This document shows positions 1-19,566 of a DNA stretch of 64,000 nt, piece by piece. Source of the DNA: Bugula neritina. Its lineage: Eukaryota > Animalia > Bryozoa. Below the pieces are notes generated by a model. The model was not told the origin of the DNA, ran no database searches, and saw only the letters and a list, made by a program, of their open reading frames with translations. Within the stretch, counting starts at the first letter, position 1. Every line of letters begins with the position of its first letter. Where the stretch lies: positions 16,926,995 through 16,990,994 of the forward strand of contig OZ037765.1 in assembly GCA_964035545.1 (NCBI GenBank). Direction: 5' to 3'. The position numbers and the translations under genes are program-made.

Positions 1-352
1 AATTGGACATAAAATTTTAAGCATCGGTTTTTGTTGCTAGCAAGGTTTGAAAGTATCCATCTAACTCTATTTCTACGTATATTTTTGTAATATGCTTATA
101 ATAAAAAGCAAATTGCTGTGATGTATGCTATGTCTATTTGAATCATAATCAGCTTTATGTAAAGTGAAAGTCCTGAGCATCTTAAACTTCACTGGATGTT
201 CTACTAATATGCAATGACAAGTTTGTAAAACTTAGTTTTAAGCATTTAGCTTGACAGAGATTCGTTCAAATGGATGTAGCTCATTTCATTCAGTGGATCT
301 AAATAAAATGTTACATTTTTGTAGTGAAAGTGCTTAACCCTCTGATGTTAAG

Positions 353-3320
353 ATGGCCACCATACTCAATCAACCGGTGTGTAAGCAGGGGATCTTTAAA
401 AAAGTCAAGGTAGATGCACTATATTGTCAGCTGTAGGCTTCTCACTCTCATGTTTGAATAGTCATCAGTTTTTTCCTGTTAATTATATCTAATAACAAGT
501 ATCATGTTTACAAGTCACTGTTGCACTATTGCTATGACTTATGCCCTGTTCTTGCATAATGCTATATTAAGGCAAACTAATAAGTTGATGATGTAGAGTT
601 TCTAGCACTTAGTAAACTAGCCAATAGTCTTATAGGTAATAGATTGAAACTGGGTTAACAATTTATTTAATCCTTGTGCAAAACTTTTAAACTAAACAAA
701 TAACCTGTCCAGGTGTGCATGTACACTGCCCCCCCCCCCCCCAGTTTATTATACATTAGGGTTACTGCATTCAGTTACTAAACTAAGCATACTAATGGTC
801 AATATTAATTTTGTCTTAAGTTGTGAGTCTGTAGCTTGAGTTATGTTTTGGACTAGAGATAGTTACAGACAGAGAATAGAAAAAGGCTGCATGCTGAAGT
901 CAGGGGATTGCAACTCCATAATGATTGGCAAAATAAAATTGTATTGTGTTTATGCTTGATTATGACATTCATACTTTTACTACTAATTCAAATTTTCAGC
1001 TATGTAAGTTTTATGATTACAAGTTGTAAAAATTTATGGCTATTTTTTTCCGCTTGGAAATATTGATGACTGGAAAAATTGATGAACTGTATAACATTGA
1101 TATTCACCAATAATCACTCTGCTCACCAATTTGTAGCACAGCACAGTGCTTTCATTGGCTGATCAGTATTCTCACTTTATCTTATTCCGAATTTGATTGC
1201 TGTGTACTTTGATTTGGATGGAGTCTCGGGCAACTCGGGATTTGTGACATCATACAGCTAACTCATGGGGTTAGGATAGGATTTTATAGAAAAATCATGT
1301 CCTTTACAAGCCGGGTATTTTTAATTTATGTCAAATCATAGGGAGCAGCCTTGGTTTAGAGGTTAAAACACCGACTTGGTTTGATCCAGTTAAAAGGTCA
1401 TTGATGTTGTTAGTAAGGACATTCAGTCATGATTGCTCATTTTCTACAATAGAAAACAAGCTAAAAAAGACTCGTACCATCAGGGGTTCTCATAAGATGG
1501 TGACTATAAACACACAGGAGTCAAATCCTCATCAAACTAAGAGCTAGGTTGCATGTAGCCTTCTAGTTCAAATTTTGTGACTCTTTATAAAACTTCCCGT
1601 TTAAAACTGTCATTTCTGTATTTATAGCCAAAACTGCAACAGAAGTATTTTGTCCTACATCAAGATGGTGGACCTGAAAGCCCTGCTCGTCTTGAATATT
1701 ATGACTCTGTTAAAAAATGGGAAAATCGAAAAAAACCTAAGAAAGCATTCTATCTTAGTCAATGTATCAGGTACTACAAACTCTGTTAGTATGGGTTCTG
1801 TGTTGGTAATATAGCTATAAATTGTAACTACTTTAGTTGATAAAAAATTTTGTCAATTGGTCCAAGCATAATCAATAAATTTACCAACAAAAGGGACTCA
1901 CTATAGAGTTTAATTGGTTAATACAGCAATTTAAGAAAACTTGCCACTGCAGTATTTCAATGATATTAGATGACAGGCTTTCAACTTTTTAATTTAAAGG
2001 CAAGAAGTGGCAAGAGGTTTAGGTGTTGTGTATTTAATTGAAAACAGGGTAGCAGGAGGTGTGAATTATTTTGTTTTTGTAGCTCACTTGTGAAGGCATT
2101 TGGCTCACTTTATGTAATGTCTTATACCTACATAGCGGTACTCTTATTTCAGTGTTGATAAATTTTCCAACGAGAAGGTTCAACATGGTCTTGCTTTGCA
2201 TACAATGGACGACTCCTTTTTGGGGGCTTTTCCAAATGCAGAGGACCGTGACTCTTGGCTGGTGAATATCAAAAGCCTCCTTCAAACACAGTGTGATCCA
2301 AAGCCTATATACGGTGTGTGTCTACATTTACTGGCCTGTAAATCCACTTGGTAACAATTAAGCATCATTCAACTCTCAGACTTTCAATAAGTAATTTCAC
2401 TTAAAAAACACCAAAATAAGGTTTGATGCCAAGAGAAAGAATTATGCACCCTTGTTATGTTTGATTAGGCTGTCTGCATATTTACAACTTTTGAAAGTAT
2501 TAATATTGTTGCATTTTAATTCATATAAAATAACCTATGTAAACGTGTACTTATGCTGTTCACAGAACATGTTTGGAATGTGCTGATAAGGGAAAGAGAT
2601 CTTGGTAAAACTTACGAAGGAGAGTACCGCTTATGTCTCAATAATAGAACGGTGCTGTTTGTGAAGAAGGCAGAATCTGAACCTTCCCTTACGTTTCCTG
2701 TGAGTGACTCTCAGATAAATGTCCTTGTCTTCAATAATTATTTGTTGCACTGCTTACATTTATATGTTTCTGTGAAACTGTCTTACACATTTGTTCAACA
2801 TGAACTGAGCAATATTACTACTTTGTTTCAATATTCACTGCACAACATCGTGTTACCTGCTAAGGCTTTATGTTTCTATACAGCTGGAGGTTATCAGACG
2901 CTGTGGCCACAGATCAAACTTCTTTAACCTGGAAGTTGGCCGGCAAGCGTGTACCGGCCCTGGTGAATTTTGGATTGAAGTAGACGATAGACTCATAGCA
3001 GAGAATGTTCATCATGCCATCTTATCGTTAGTTATACTGGTTTATAGTTATTACCCAACTCTGCTAAGCTGTTGGCACTAAGATATGGGCTTTGCAAAAA
3101 TATCGTTTTCATACTAATTATAATGTGCGGATGTATGTATAGCTCAATACGATATTTTTAGAGTTATGAATGTACCAAAAGAGGATGATGAGTTTAGATC
3201 TAAAAGCGCCAGCAACTCTTCTAAAGATAAACCATTCGGTTCTAAAGCTAGCATTGATTCTACAAGGCGGGGAGATGGGTGGGTTGTCATTGTACATTGT
3301 GTTTTGTGAATTATAGATAT

Positions 3321-3374
<54 letters not shown>

Positions 3375-6300
3375 CCCAACTGTGATACCATGCTAAATAA
3401 ATCTTCTCTAAACCTATTGAAGCTAAAATTTTATATAAAATGTCAATATTTTACTTTTACTTGTTTATCATATAATTCTTGTTTTGCAAAAAACGGGTCC
3501 TAAAGTTGGTTATTTAATATTTTACTATATTTTTGCAGCGGCAAAGGTACACACATTTCTTATGTTTTTGTATTTTGATTTTTGTAGCACACGGAGTAAT
3601 TTATCTAAATCGTCAACTTCTAAAAGGTAATGCGCTAATTTTAACGTTGCATCTTTTGTTTAATAACACTATTAGTTGACTAAGTATTTTCTTCTTTCTT
3701 AGCCAGTGATAATAAAATGACTAATTTGACTAGTATTTTAAGCTTCTATATGGTCTAGCAATTCAACATTTCATGTTTTTTTGGAAGAGCGAAATTGTCC
3801 GTCAAGTTCGATTTTTACACCATCATTCTTTTCTTAGTAATTAGAACTTGTGATTCATTAAAATTGTAATGGAGTGTTTGCATTGTGATATGCAATGAAT
3901 GTCTTCATATATAATTATTTATCATTGCTAATTTTTATTTCAAAAATGTTTCGTAAGATTTTTAGTTGGTTTCAACATTTCATCAGACCTGAAATTTGAT
4001 CAACACAATGGTTTGCTTTGTTGCTAGCTATCTCAATGGTGAGCGGAATCGTAGTGACAGTCTAGACACCAAGAGCTTGCTGTCTCGGGGACTCAGGTCC
4101 TCTATTGGATCTCTCACCTCCGTAGATGCTGCCAGAGCTGCCACGGAGAGTGTGTATAGCGGCAGCTGCACTCTCGTAAGCACAGCCTCTGATGTCACGG
4201 ACTCTCGGTAAGTGAACTTGCCCTGCGATTTTGTAACGGAAGAGAACTTTTTTGTAACAAAAAAAACTGTTTTATCACTTTGAGGAGATCCAGGCACTTG
4301 TTCTCACAATGTCTGTGGAGACACTGTGATGTATATGTTGGGTATGTGAATACTTGTAGATGCAGTACCCCTGTTCGCTCTCTCACTCCTGATTCCAGAA
4401 CCGTGGCTGTCACCCCGTCTGCTGAGGCTGGGCATACACCTGACACTTCTTCCTACATGTCTATGGATGCGCCCTCTTCCCACACTCCCTCATTCAATCC
4501 TCCAAGTATGTTATACTCTCTTCTTCGTAGCTCATGGTAAATAATTTCTCCTTACCTGTAATTTGTATATTTATTATGTTTATCCTAACAGCAGGTGGGA
4601 GAAGTGCCTCCATCTCATCTGCTAGTCTGAGCAGCTGGACAAGCAGTAAAGAACCTGCATCTCTTCACTCAGCCTCTCAAGGTAATGGCAATATGTCTGC
4701 CAATTTTAATGCCAAGAGTCAACATTCAGGAATTTCGGATGAAATAACGCCGACCTCACAGCAAGGTAGCGTAAACTCTGTAATAGGCTTGGCACCACCA
4801 GCAAGACCTTCAGTAGATGCATGTGCACGTTGAATAAACTTACATATAAAACACGGAATAGCACTAACATTATATATTATTTATGTGCATTAAGTTACTT
4901 TGTTGCTAATGTTTTTTAGATTTCAACAGTCTTGATGGGATGCCAAGAAATGACCCTTATTTCAGTATGGCTCCAGGAGATGCTGCTTTACCCAGTACTA
5001 GTTTGTCACTTAAACAAAATAAACCATTTAGAGCACAATCTTTCCTTGGTAGCAGTTCCAACAGTCCTTCTGCTAAGCGTGAAGCGTCACCATCATTCAT
5101 AACAAATGACTCACCGTACCACGACATGGCCCCAGCTGCATCTGGTGCTGGTGGGGCGGACTATTTTGATATGGCGCCTACCACTAAAGTTTCCTCAGCT
5201 TCTCCATACTTAGAAATGGCACCAGTCTCGTCCTCTCCTTCAATCAACCCTGAATTACTTCCTGTATCTAATACTGGCGATTCGCTATACTATGACATGG
5301 CACCTATTGTAACCGCTACTTCTGCTAATTCAACAAATGAACCATCTTCCTTAGAAATAACTCCAGCGAGTGCCAACACTGATTCTCCTTATTTAGACAT
5401 GAAGCCAAGCAGTTTAAGTAATGTCGAGACTGACAGATGTCTACCATCTTCTGCGTATGTGGATATGAAGCCCTCAGGTACTTACCATCATTTCAACATA
5501 GCAAGGTGTGGTGCAACGAGTCTAAGCCATAGCCTGGTATAAATTAGGCTGCAATAACACATATGACTCTATTTTAGGTCCAAGATCTAGAACAAACTCT
5601 CTACAGCTGTCATCTGCTGTCGCCATCAACACTTTCAACCCCTACCTTGACATGTCGGGCAAAGATGGCAGATATAGCAATACTAGTAAATGCTGTATTA
5701 CCTTCATAGTTTATAACAAATTAGTTAAATTTTTACAAAACATAAACTATAGAATTGTTTATAATTGATGTTGTAGGACAATCTCTAGTTTCTATTACAG
5801 GCCGCAGCTTAATTAGGTCACCAATTTTTCTAGCATTCCTGTAATACTAGCAGGGTTGTTAGAATGCTGCGAAAAAATCTATGACTCTATGTGATAAATT
5901 AACTAATTACATTGAAGAAATATATTGTATAAAATATCTACATATGATTGTATGCTTTATGGTGGATGAACAGTTTAGTCCTCCTGACTATGCATTTAGG
6001 AAACTTTTATTTTCAACTTTTTCGTTGTCAGACTTTTCAATATTTCCCAATTTGTCAACAGGTGAGAATTTGACAGGTAGTTATCTCTCCTCTAATGAGA
6101 ACATGCCGGCCTTCCTGCCTCCTAGACATTACAGTGTTGGTTCAAAGCCAATGCTTCTTAAGAAACCACCTGATCCTGATCAGTATGTGGAGATGAGGCG
6201 CAGCACGGACCTAGCTGGTAAGCACTGTTCAACTCTTCAACAGTGCTACTTGCAGCTACTAATGAAAATAATATTGTAATTTGTTAACTTAGTTACGGTT

Positions 6301-9300
6301 TTATGTTGTTCAACAGGCAAGAGTCTATCTGTACCGCATCTGATGGCTCCAGGTTTAGCTTCAAACCCTGAATTAACGCATTTGAAGGACGAATATTCTC
6401 CCAACTACTCTTCTAAGTCCACTACTCTGATTATGCTCAATCCCGATAAAACAGCCACGTTAGGTGAGAACATTGCACAGAGACCCCGTGGTGCTACCTG
6501 GTCTACTAATGTCCGTCCCAACGCTTCATCTTTTGGACCCAAGCATAGACTTGGCACCAAGAGTAACAGCAGTCGGGAGAGTGTGCAGTCCTCGTGTTCA
6601 GAGTATGTAGATATGAAAAGCGGACATGGCGCTGAGTCGGGAGGCACGTATGTGGATATGGTGTCTTCTGGTCACCACCAGAGGGCGGGCAGTATAGGCA
6701 GTGCTTCCGGTAGGCTCAGGAAAAGCAATCACTCTGCTCTAGACGGCAATCCGAGTGCTAAGCTAACCTCCAAACTCTCTCCACCACGAAATGTAATGAG
6801 TACAACCATGTCTCCCGCTGGTCGAGCTGCGCAGGGCTATGAGTCTCAGTCTGACAATTTGTCAGGTATATGAATCATCTGTTGATCTTTTTTTGAAGGT
6901 GCTTGGCTAACCTGTGTTTGCTAATTTCTGTTGATAATATCCATAATATTTAGCTGTAAAATTATTAGCCAGAAAAGTTCATTACCCTAAAATAATCCAT
7001 TGTATACTTTTGTTTTAGCAGATGGTAGTATGCATATAGAGGATTCGGGAAAGCTTGCACAGTTTCCTTACAGTGCGGGAAGAAGGCTTAGTCAATCACG
7101 TAAAACAGTCGACCCGTTCCCGGAGCTCTCAGCTTCTAGTGATGATGAGTTGGTGATGAGAAGTAGTGCAAGTAGCTTCAGCAGCACCCGTTCCTCTTCC
7201 TCCTCTCGTTCATCACTGGCGCGTCTAGATCAAAAGACTTCTCATCTATATGGTGGTGGCGGCAGCGGTTCATCTATGCCTACAGAGTCCTATGTCGAGT
7301 GTCACCAGGTACCCATGAGGGGCAACTCTGGAATTTCCCACCTCCATTCTCATCCTAAAGTAAACAAGCCCACCAGGGTAGCCAGTTTCATCTCTGAGGA
7401 ACCTGTAGCTTCACCTACAGCGGCCAGGTCCAAGTCAGTCAGAGAAGAAGCTAAGAAAAATGAGAATGGGGATTTCTATGTGACAATGGCTCTTCCCAGT
7501 GATAATAAACGTGCAAGCAAGCACAGTAGGTCTAAGGAAAAGTCATTTTCAACAAGTCTTTCTAATGTGACTCAAAGTGAAAAAACAAAGTCTTCTTCTG
7601 TAAGCAAACAGCAGCGACCATCATTTAAGATGCAAGTGAACCCGGCCCGGTCTATACTACAGCAGGTGCATAGCAAGTTAACCAAAGCACAACAACAAGC
7701 TAAAGCCAAACCACCTGCAGATGAGAAGTTGTCCTCTGCTTTATATGTAGACATGGCAGCCAACCAGCCCCCTCTCCCTCAATCTGTCAAACCTTCAAAA
7801 ACTGTATCACAGTCTGAGAAGTTCACCGACAGCTATACTATTGTTGCTCCTGTATCATCTGATGCCTCGCGTGTCTCAAAATCTAACAGCGATGTCTCAA
7901 AAGATCTGACTGGCAGTGCATCAATGGCAGCTGGGGGCAATAGTGAATATAGTCTCATGACCCCAGGAGAAAGTGCACCCGCATTAGAGAGCAAAGTCAC
8001 TCCTTCTGGTTCTGTTTCCGGGGTTCCTTTACCTGAAATGAAGAAATACTCCACCAACAAAGTATTACACGTTCTCTATCATATAGACATATGTTTGACT
8101 TGTATTACTCTCCTATACTCCATCTTACCTTTCACTACACTACATCTTACCTTTCACTACACTACATCTTACCTTTCACTACACTACATCTTATCTTTCA
8201 CTACACTACATCTTATCTTTCGCTACACTACACCTTATATTTCACTACACTACACCTTATATTTCACTACACTACACCTTATATTTCACTACACTACATC
8301 TTATCTTTCACTGCACTACATTAAACTACACTGCAATACACTACACATATGCTAATACATTTGATAATACAAAGATGATTTTGCTTCTGTGATTAATTAG
8401 ATTTGATGTGTGTTCTTTAGTCTAAGAAAACACTGAAGTCAGTGCCATGTTACATACGAGAGAATTCAAGGGATATCAAGATTTACCCAAGTCCAACTGT
8501 GCCTGCAGCTTGCTACATCAGATCCGAGTCCAATATCAGTATGCAAAGTAACTTTAGTGGTAATATATCTCCCACCAACTTTGTTCAGGATGACATTCTG
8601 TCAAACCTAGCAGCTGCCACCAGTCCTCCGACTCTTAGCCAGGTAAAACACTCTCTCTCACATGTTAGAATGTTGAATTGCATGAAACAAGATTACCATA
8701 GAACACAAGTTGCTTTGATGACTTGAACCGTGGGGCTCTTCAGTTACTAATTTGTGTTGAATGCTAACAGGGAGGTGCTATATCATTTGCTTCACCATCC
8801 GTTGCTATCCCAGCATCATTGAAGAGAGATTTTAGTGACCGGGCATCTCCCAACCAGCTTCCCTCCACTCGCGCAGACGGCTCGCTTAGCAGGTAATTGT
8901 CCAACTAATTCATGAGTTCCTATCTTCTAGCATTCATGTAAATACCAATAGTCTTACCACTGTGTGTATATTTTGAGTACGGGGTCGATACAAGATTTGA
9001 AGATCTCACAAAATTATTTGATATAACAACCAATAAATGATCTAGTAACATTTAATCCTTTAAATTATTACAATAGTTTTCCTCTCAGAGTTTTTTAAAT
9101 CAGGTGTTTAGGTTGTTGAGCTATGCTTTTTCATTCAGTACAATCTCAACAAACTATGCTACAAGATTGTAATGTTCCTATATATACGCTATCGGTATCT
9201 GAATAAACCCATCAACAAATTTATTATGCTTAGTTAATCTTGATGTTTCATTAATACTTGTATTTAGTCAGCAATGATTGTATGTTGGTACTATTTACAG

Positions 9301-9943
9301 AAGTCTTAGTTCCAGTACTAGCACTATACCTGGGAGTGCTGCTGAGCTGCAACAGCAACTGAAATTAGAGCAAATGAAAGAAGAAAGAGACAATGCTAGT
9401 GGCAAAAGTAAAGTCGTGGCTGGTGGTTTTCGTGATATTGGTAATACCAAAGGCAAAGATGAGGTTGTTTGTGGCAAAGACAATAGTGGTAGAAGTAAAG
9501 AAGGTGGAGGGTCAAATGGTAAGGAGGGTGCTAGTGGTAGCAAAGGTACTGTGAAGAGTTTTATTATAGATGACACTCCAAATAGTAGAACACCGCGAGC
9601 AAAGGTATCAGCACCTCCTCCCCCACTGCCTATCAGACTAGTCAGTACAGAAGACAAATCTTCAAAGCCTCCTTTGACAGAGTATTCAACAGCTGGAGCT
9701 GGTTCCCTCAACTATATAGATATAGATATAAACAACGATGATAGTAACTCTACTAGCACAGGGTCTGCTGGTACTAACGGTACTGCAGCAGGTGGATTCA
9801 TTTCTGTTGCCTCAAAAAATTCATCAACTAGTCCAGTTCCAGTGGAACCTCAAGTAGCCAAACAAATTTCAACTGTTGACTACACAACTCTAGATCCTGA
9901 GAAAACGCTTGAACTCGCCAAGAAAAATAGCAATATCCACTAA
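353..9943 (+). CDS. IRS: Insulin receptor substrate (IRS1/2/Chico-like): PH + IRS-PTB domains and long Ser-rich YxxM tail, multi-exon
   Basis: Phase-consistent GT-AG exons approx. 353-409, 1628-1770, 2153-2313, 2566-2699, 2884-3026, 3162-3278, 3588-3626, 4028-4207, 4360-4505, 4592/4595-4681 (or 4765), 4920-5477, 5578-5685, 6062-6217, 6317-6865, 7019-8061, 8421-8642, 8771-8892, 9301-9943. PH: KYFVLHQDGGPESPARLEYYDSVKKW. PTB: IRRCGHRSNFFNLEVGRQACTGPGEFWIEVDD (cf. IRS1 [32 protein letters not shown]). C-terminal LNYIDID resembles the IRS1 SHP2 site. Mid-gene exon ends are less certain. Confidence 0.93.
1341..1521 (+). mobile_element. Degenerate second copy of the same SINE family, in IRS intron 1
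   Basis: GGGAGCAGCCTTGGTTTAGAGG head, GGTCATTGATGTTGTTAGTAAGGACATTCAG core and ATCAGGGGTTCTCA..GATGGTGACTATAAAC tail are collinear with 13959-14173. Confidence 0.72.
3323..3373. repeat. (AT)n microsatellite, about 25 units
   Basis: Direct reading; IRS intron. Confidence 0.97.
8120..8345. repeat. 22-bp minisatellite (CATCTTAYCTTTCACTACACTA)n, about 9 copies, decaying into ACTAC pentamers
   Basis: Tandem units visible just downstream of the IRS donor at 8062. Confidence 0.92.
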
Positions 9944-12900
9944 CAAAGTCATGTAAAAGAAATTTACTGATCACTCTACCACTTAAGTTCACTAACTTTT
10001 TTGGCATCTTATTGTAATTTTAATTTTTCTATATTGTTACTGTGATTTTTACCACATAGTGTAATACCATTGTGATGTTACGAATTACAATAGTGTATAT
10101 TTTAATTTATTCTAATTGATTTGGTTGTCAAGCAGTTGTGGGGAGCCTTTATTGATATAATTACACAAGACGGTTCATATAGTTTTTATAATTGGTGTAG
10201 TATCGGGTACATTTGTAACATATCATCATTTCAATTGTTTCAAATGCATGATATCTTGTGATTGGTAACAAGTGTACGGTATTTTATAGTATTGCTGCAA
10301 ACGGGTCTATATTTAGTATTTACTTGCATGTCTAAAACGTTCACTTTAGCAATTAATATACAAGTAATTTTAATTCTATTATTTTGTATTATCTTGTGAT
10401 AACATTTTATTTAAGTTTATCGCAATTACTTGTATTTAGATTTTACTCCTATGTATGTCGAGAATCTTTATATAGCCAAGTCGCTTTTTTGAATTGAAAC
10501 TATTATAACAATGTTGTTACAAATGAAGTGAATAGTTTTAAAAGTTGAATTTTATCTAGTGCAAATTTACTCAAAAATATGTTTCCCTCCTCCCAAGAAA
10601 TATTGTATTAAACAGTTACAAAGCATTTTTCTGCATTATCAGCTCTCAAAAATAAAAAATAGTGAGTTATCAACAGCTGTTATTCAATTTCAAAGTGTTT
10701 CAAGTCTACAATATGTTTTGCTGAATGAAGATTTCAACTCCCGGCTTCAAATATTACTACGAATTTAAAACTGTGGTCTAAAATTCTTTTTAAAAATTCT
10801 GGTGACTAAGAACAACTTTTAGGGAGAAGCAAAGATACATGCAATTAATTTTGAAAACCTAGGAAAAGAATTTGTGAGATACTTCTATAACCAGCCATAG
10901 TGCAAGACTTATTCATAGCTTCGTAACTTAGTAGATTGTGTTTAATTCCTCATCTCAGCATCTAGATTCTAGACTTTAGAGCATAATGCCTCTTTACTAG
11001 TTCATTGGGGGCAGTGCTTTTGTCCTCACCGTTGATTCTAGGTGATGCCACTATACTCTTGCTGAGACACCTCTGTGGATTGTTGGAAATTAGTTTACTG
11101 GGTATGTGACCTGGACATTTGGATCTTCTTACAGTAGGCAGAGATGAGATACTTTGACTTTGAACATTTTCTCCTGCATATACAACTGATCGCTGATACT
11201 TGAAACCGGTCTGAAATTCTAAGTCTACCAGCCTCAGCTGGAATTGTGACGTCAGATGCCATCAGACTGAGAACTTCTGAATACCCAGATAGCTGGTCTC
11301 CTCCGGCTACTTCTAGTATTAATTATGTAAGATGATATATTTGTCTTGAATGATTACTTGTATCCAATCTAATATGTGTGGTTATGTAATAAGCCTCTCT
11401 TACTGTATAAGGTCTCAGGGTGTCTCCTACAACTTGAAATTGTCTTCCCTTTTTGCCTCTTATCCAACCACACCAGGTTGAATAGAAGAGTCTTATTTTA
11501 GAATTCCTGCCACACCTCCTTCTGCTACTCAAAGTCAACCTCAGTGAGAACTCTGCTGTGATCTCACTTTGGTAGGGGGAGTGATAGCTGAAACCGGTCT
11601 GGTGTGCATTGCCTTTGGCCTAACACCATCATGGTGGTGGTCTCTCTGGTCACTGTGTGGTGCATGGGTTACGAGGCTCCCAGTATTTGTGAAGGCAACA
11701 AATACCACTTTTTCTAGTCATGATATATAACAACGTTCTCAATTTAAGCAACATTGAAGCTTCTTTTGGTGTCAATTAAATACATTTATAACTATATAGA
11801 ATTGAAAACTTAGAACTGTAAATACTAAATTACTAAGAAACCTACAGTTTAATTTAACAGCTACTTAATGTCCATAAGTTTAGTATTTCCAATTTCAGCT
11901 CAGCACTGTTTAAGAGCAGCTCTCTTCTCACACTAGTCTGGCTTCTATGGGCACTACCTCAGCATCAGTTGTAGCCAGATTGTCTCCAGTTCTCTTTCTG
12001 GTCAGGAAAAGCTACTGTTTCCTCGATATATAAGCAATGTTTGCAGTTCTTGCAGAAGCTTCCGCTTACTTCATTTGCAATGCCATGCTTGGGGTTTGCT
12101 CATTGAGCTATAAAGCAAATTTATTCTTGACCAGAGCTTCAAGCCACTCACTTAGTTTAATGGGCATCTTTTTTCTGGGACAGCTGATTAGTTAGCAGTT
12201 GAAATACTGGCCAGTAGGCTAAACGGATTGAAGCTTTTTGTATTTGAGAGAATATTCTTACTCTGAGAGAAAATAGGGTATGGCTATAAAATTCCATTAC
12301 CGTTTTCTTAAGATTCAGGCTGCTAAAATATTGTGCCAATTAGTAGGCACTTGGTGGGTTTGAGCTTAGACCTTGCTTGTTTTAGTCTCGCCTATTCCTA
12401 ACCTCTTAGGATGGGAAGAAAATCTAGTGCAATGATGTAATTCCATGCTCAGAAGAAGAGCTTTGCAGTGCAGAATTTCCAGGTGTGTGATAGAGGTGAG
12501 TCTATAGGTGACATTAATCACATACATAATATATAACTGTGATGTTAATGTTTGAAACTTTTAAAAACATGTCTTATTTCATGAAATTTAGTGTGCTGAA
12601 AATAATCTTGGTCAAGCAAAATGTTTCAACTGTTCTTTTTAAAAAGTTTTTAAATAAGAAACATTAGTGGAGTCCTATACTACATGCTTCGCAGTGAGAT
12701 TCTTTTCCAATATTGTGCAACTATAAAAACTAATATGAAGAAATTACTTGATAAACATGATGTATGATTATTATATTTAGTGTATGTCTATGCTTGAAGT
12801 ATATAATACATGGTAATCTAAAATGAATAATGACTTTTGTAGACACAAAAATAATTTGCTCAACCCATCAACATATATTATAATACAAAGCTTTGTAATT

Positions 12901-13273
12901 GCAAAAATTCATATAGCCAAATAAGATAGTTTTCAACATTGAATAATGGGGTTCATATAATATCAGAATCTTATTTACATATCCTTACAGCTTATATTAC
13001 AGGATGTGTGAATATGCATTGAATTTAGCTTACATGTTACATAGAATTACAAAATAGTCAATTGAAAGTAGCAAAATACATCACAATAGAATAAAAAATT
13101 AAATAAAAAGGCTTAGTAGAAATTAATTGAAGCACATTTAGCAATGCCTTAAATATATAATGAGTGTATAGAATTATTGCCAGATAACAAATTAGAGTTA
13201 TGCACACATGCCACTCAGTATGTTTATATGGATTATAGAACTATGTGCTCCACTAGAGTCTACAGATGCTTTG

Positions 13274-19296
<6,023 letters not shown>

Positions 19297-19299
19297 GCG

Positions 19300-19566
19300 C
19301 TTTTATTGAAGTTTACATTCACAAGTAACTTTCACTTTTGAAAATGTCATGAAAACATTGTTATGTGAGTGGTGTTTACATACAGGCACGCCATGCTACA
19401 AAACATGGCCTCTTCACCTTGTTAGTTATTGTTTACAAAAATATATACCAGCATGCATTTGATACAAATCACGTCTACGAATAAGGTAAACTTTTTACCG
19501 CCCACCACGAGACTTATAGTTGCATAGCAACGGTCGCTGAGACAACAAATCTCATTGAAAGGTGAG
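19300..19566. promoter_or_regulatory. FoxK/TEKT4 divergent promoter with tandem RFX X-boxes and forkhead sites; probable non-coding TEKT4 exon 1
   Basis: GTTGCATAGCAAC (19519-19531) and GTCGCTGAGACAAC (19533-19546); TGTTTAC at 19373 and 19430; consensus donor AAG|GTGAGT after 19561 and an acceptor just before the TEKT4 ATG (TTACAG, about 21269). Confidence 0.68.

Noticed and set aside
729-742. Poly-C run as a G-quadruplex or regulatory element
   Set aside because: Isolated homopolymer with no supporting context.
8062-8355. Hydrophobic Leu/His/Tyr-rich C-terminus of ORF 7000-8355 and ORF 8091-8324
   Set aside because: Translation of the 22-bp minisatellite; a phase-0 donor at 8062 links the IRS exon to 8421.
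4028-9711. Antisense ORFs over IRS (e.g. 4028-4297, 6405-6647, 7833-8060, 9295-9711), and likewise 46415-46843 over CCP110
   Set aside because: Shadow ORFs of GC-richer coding exons with no recognisable domain.
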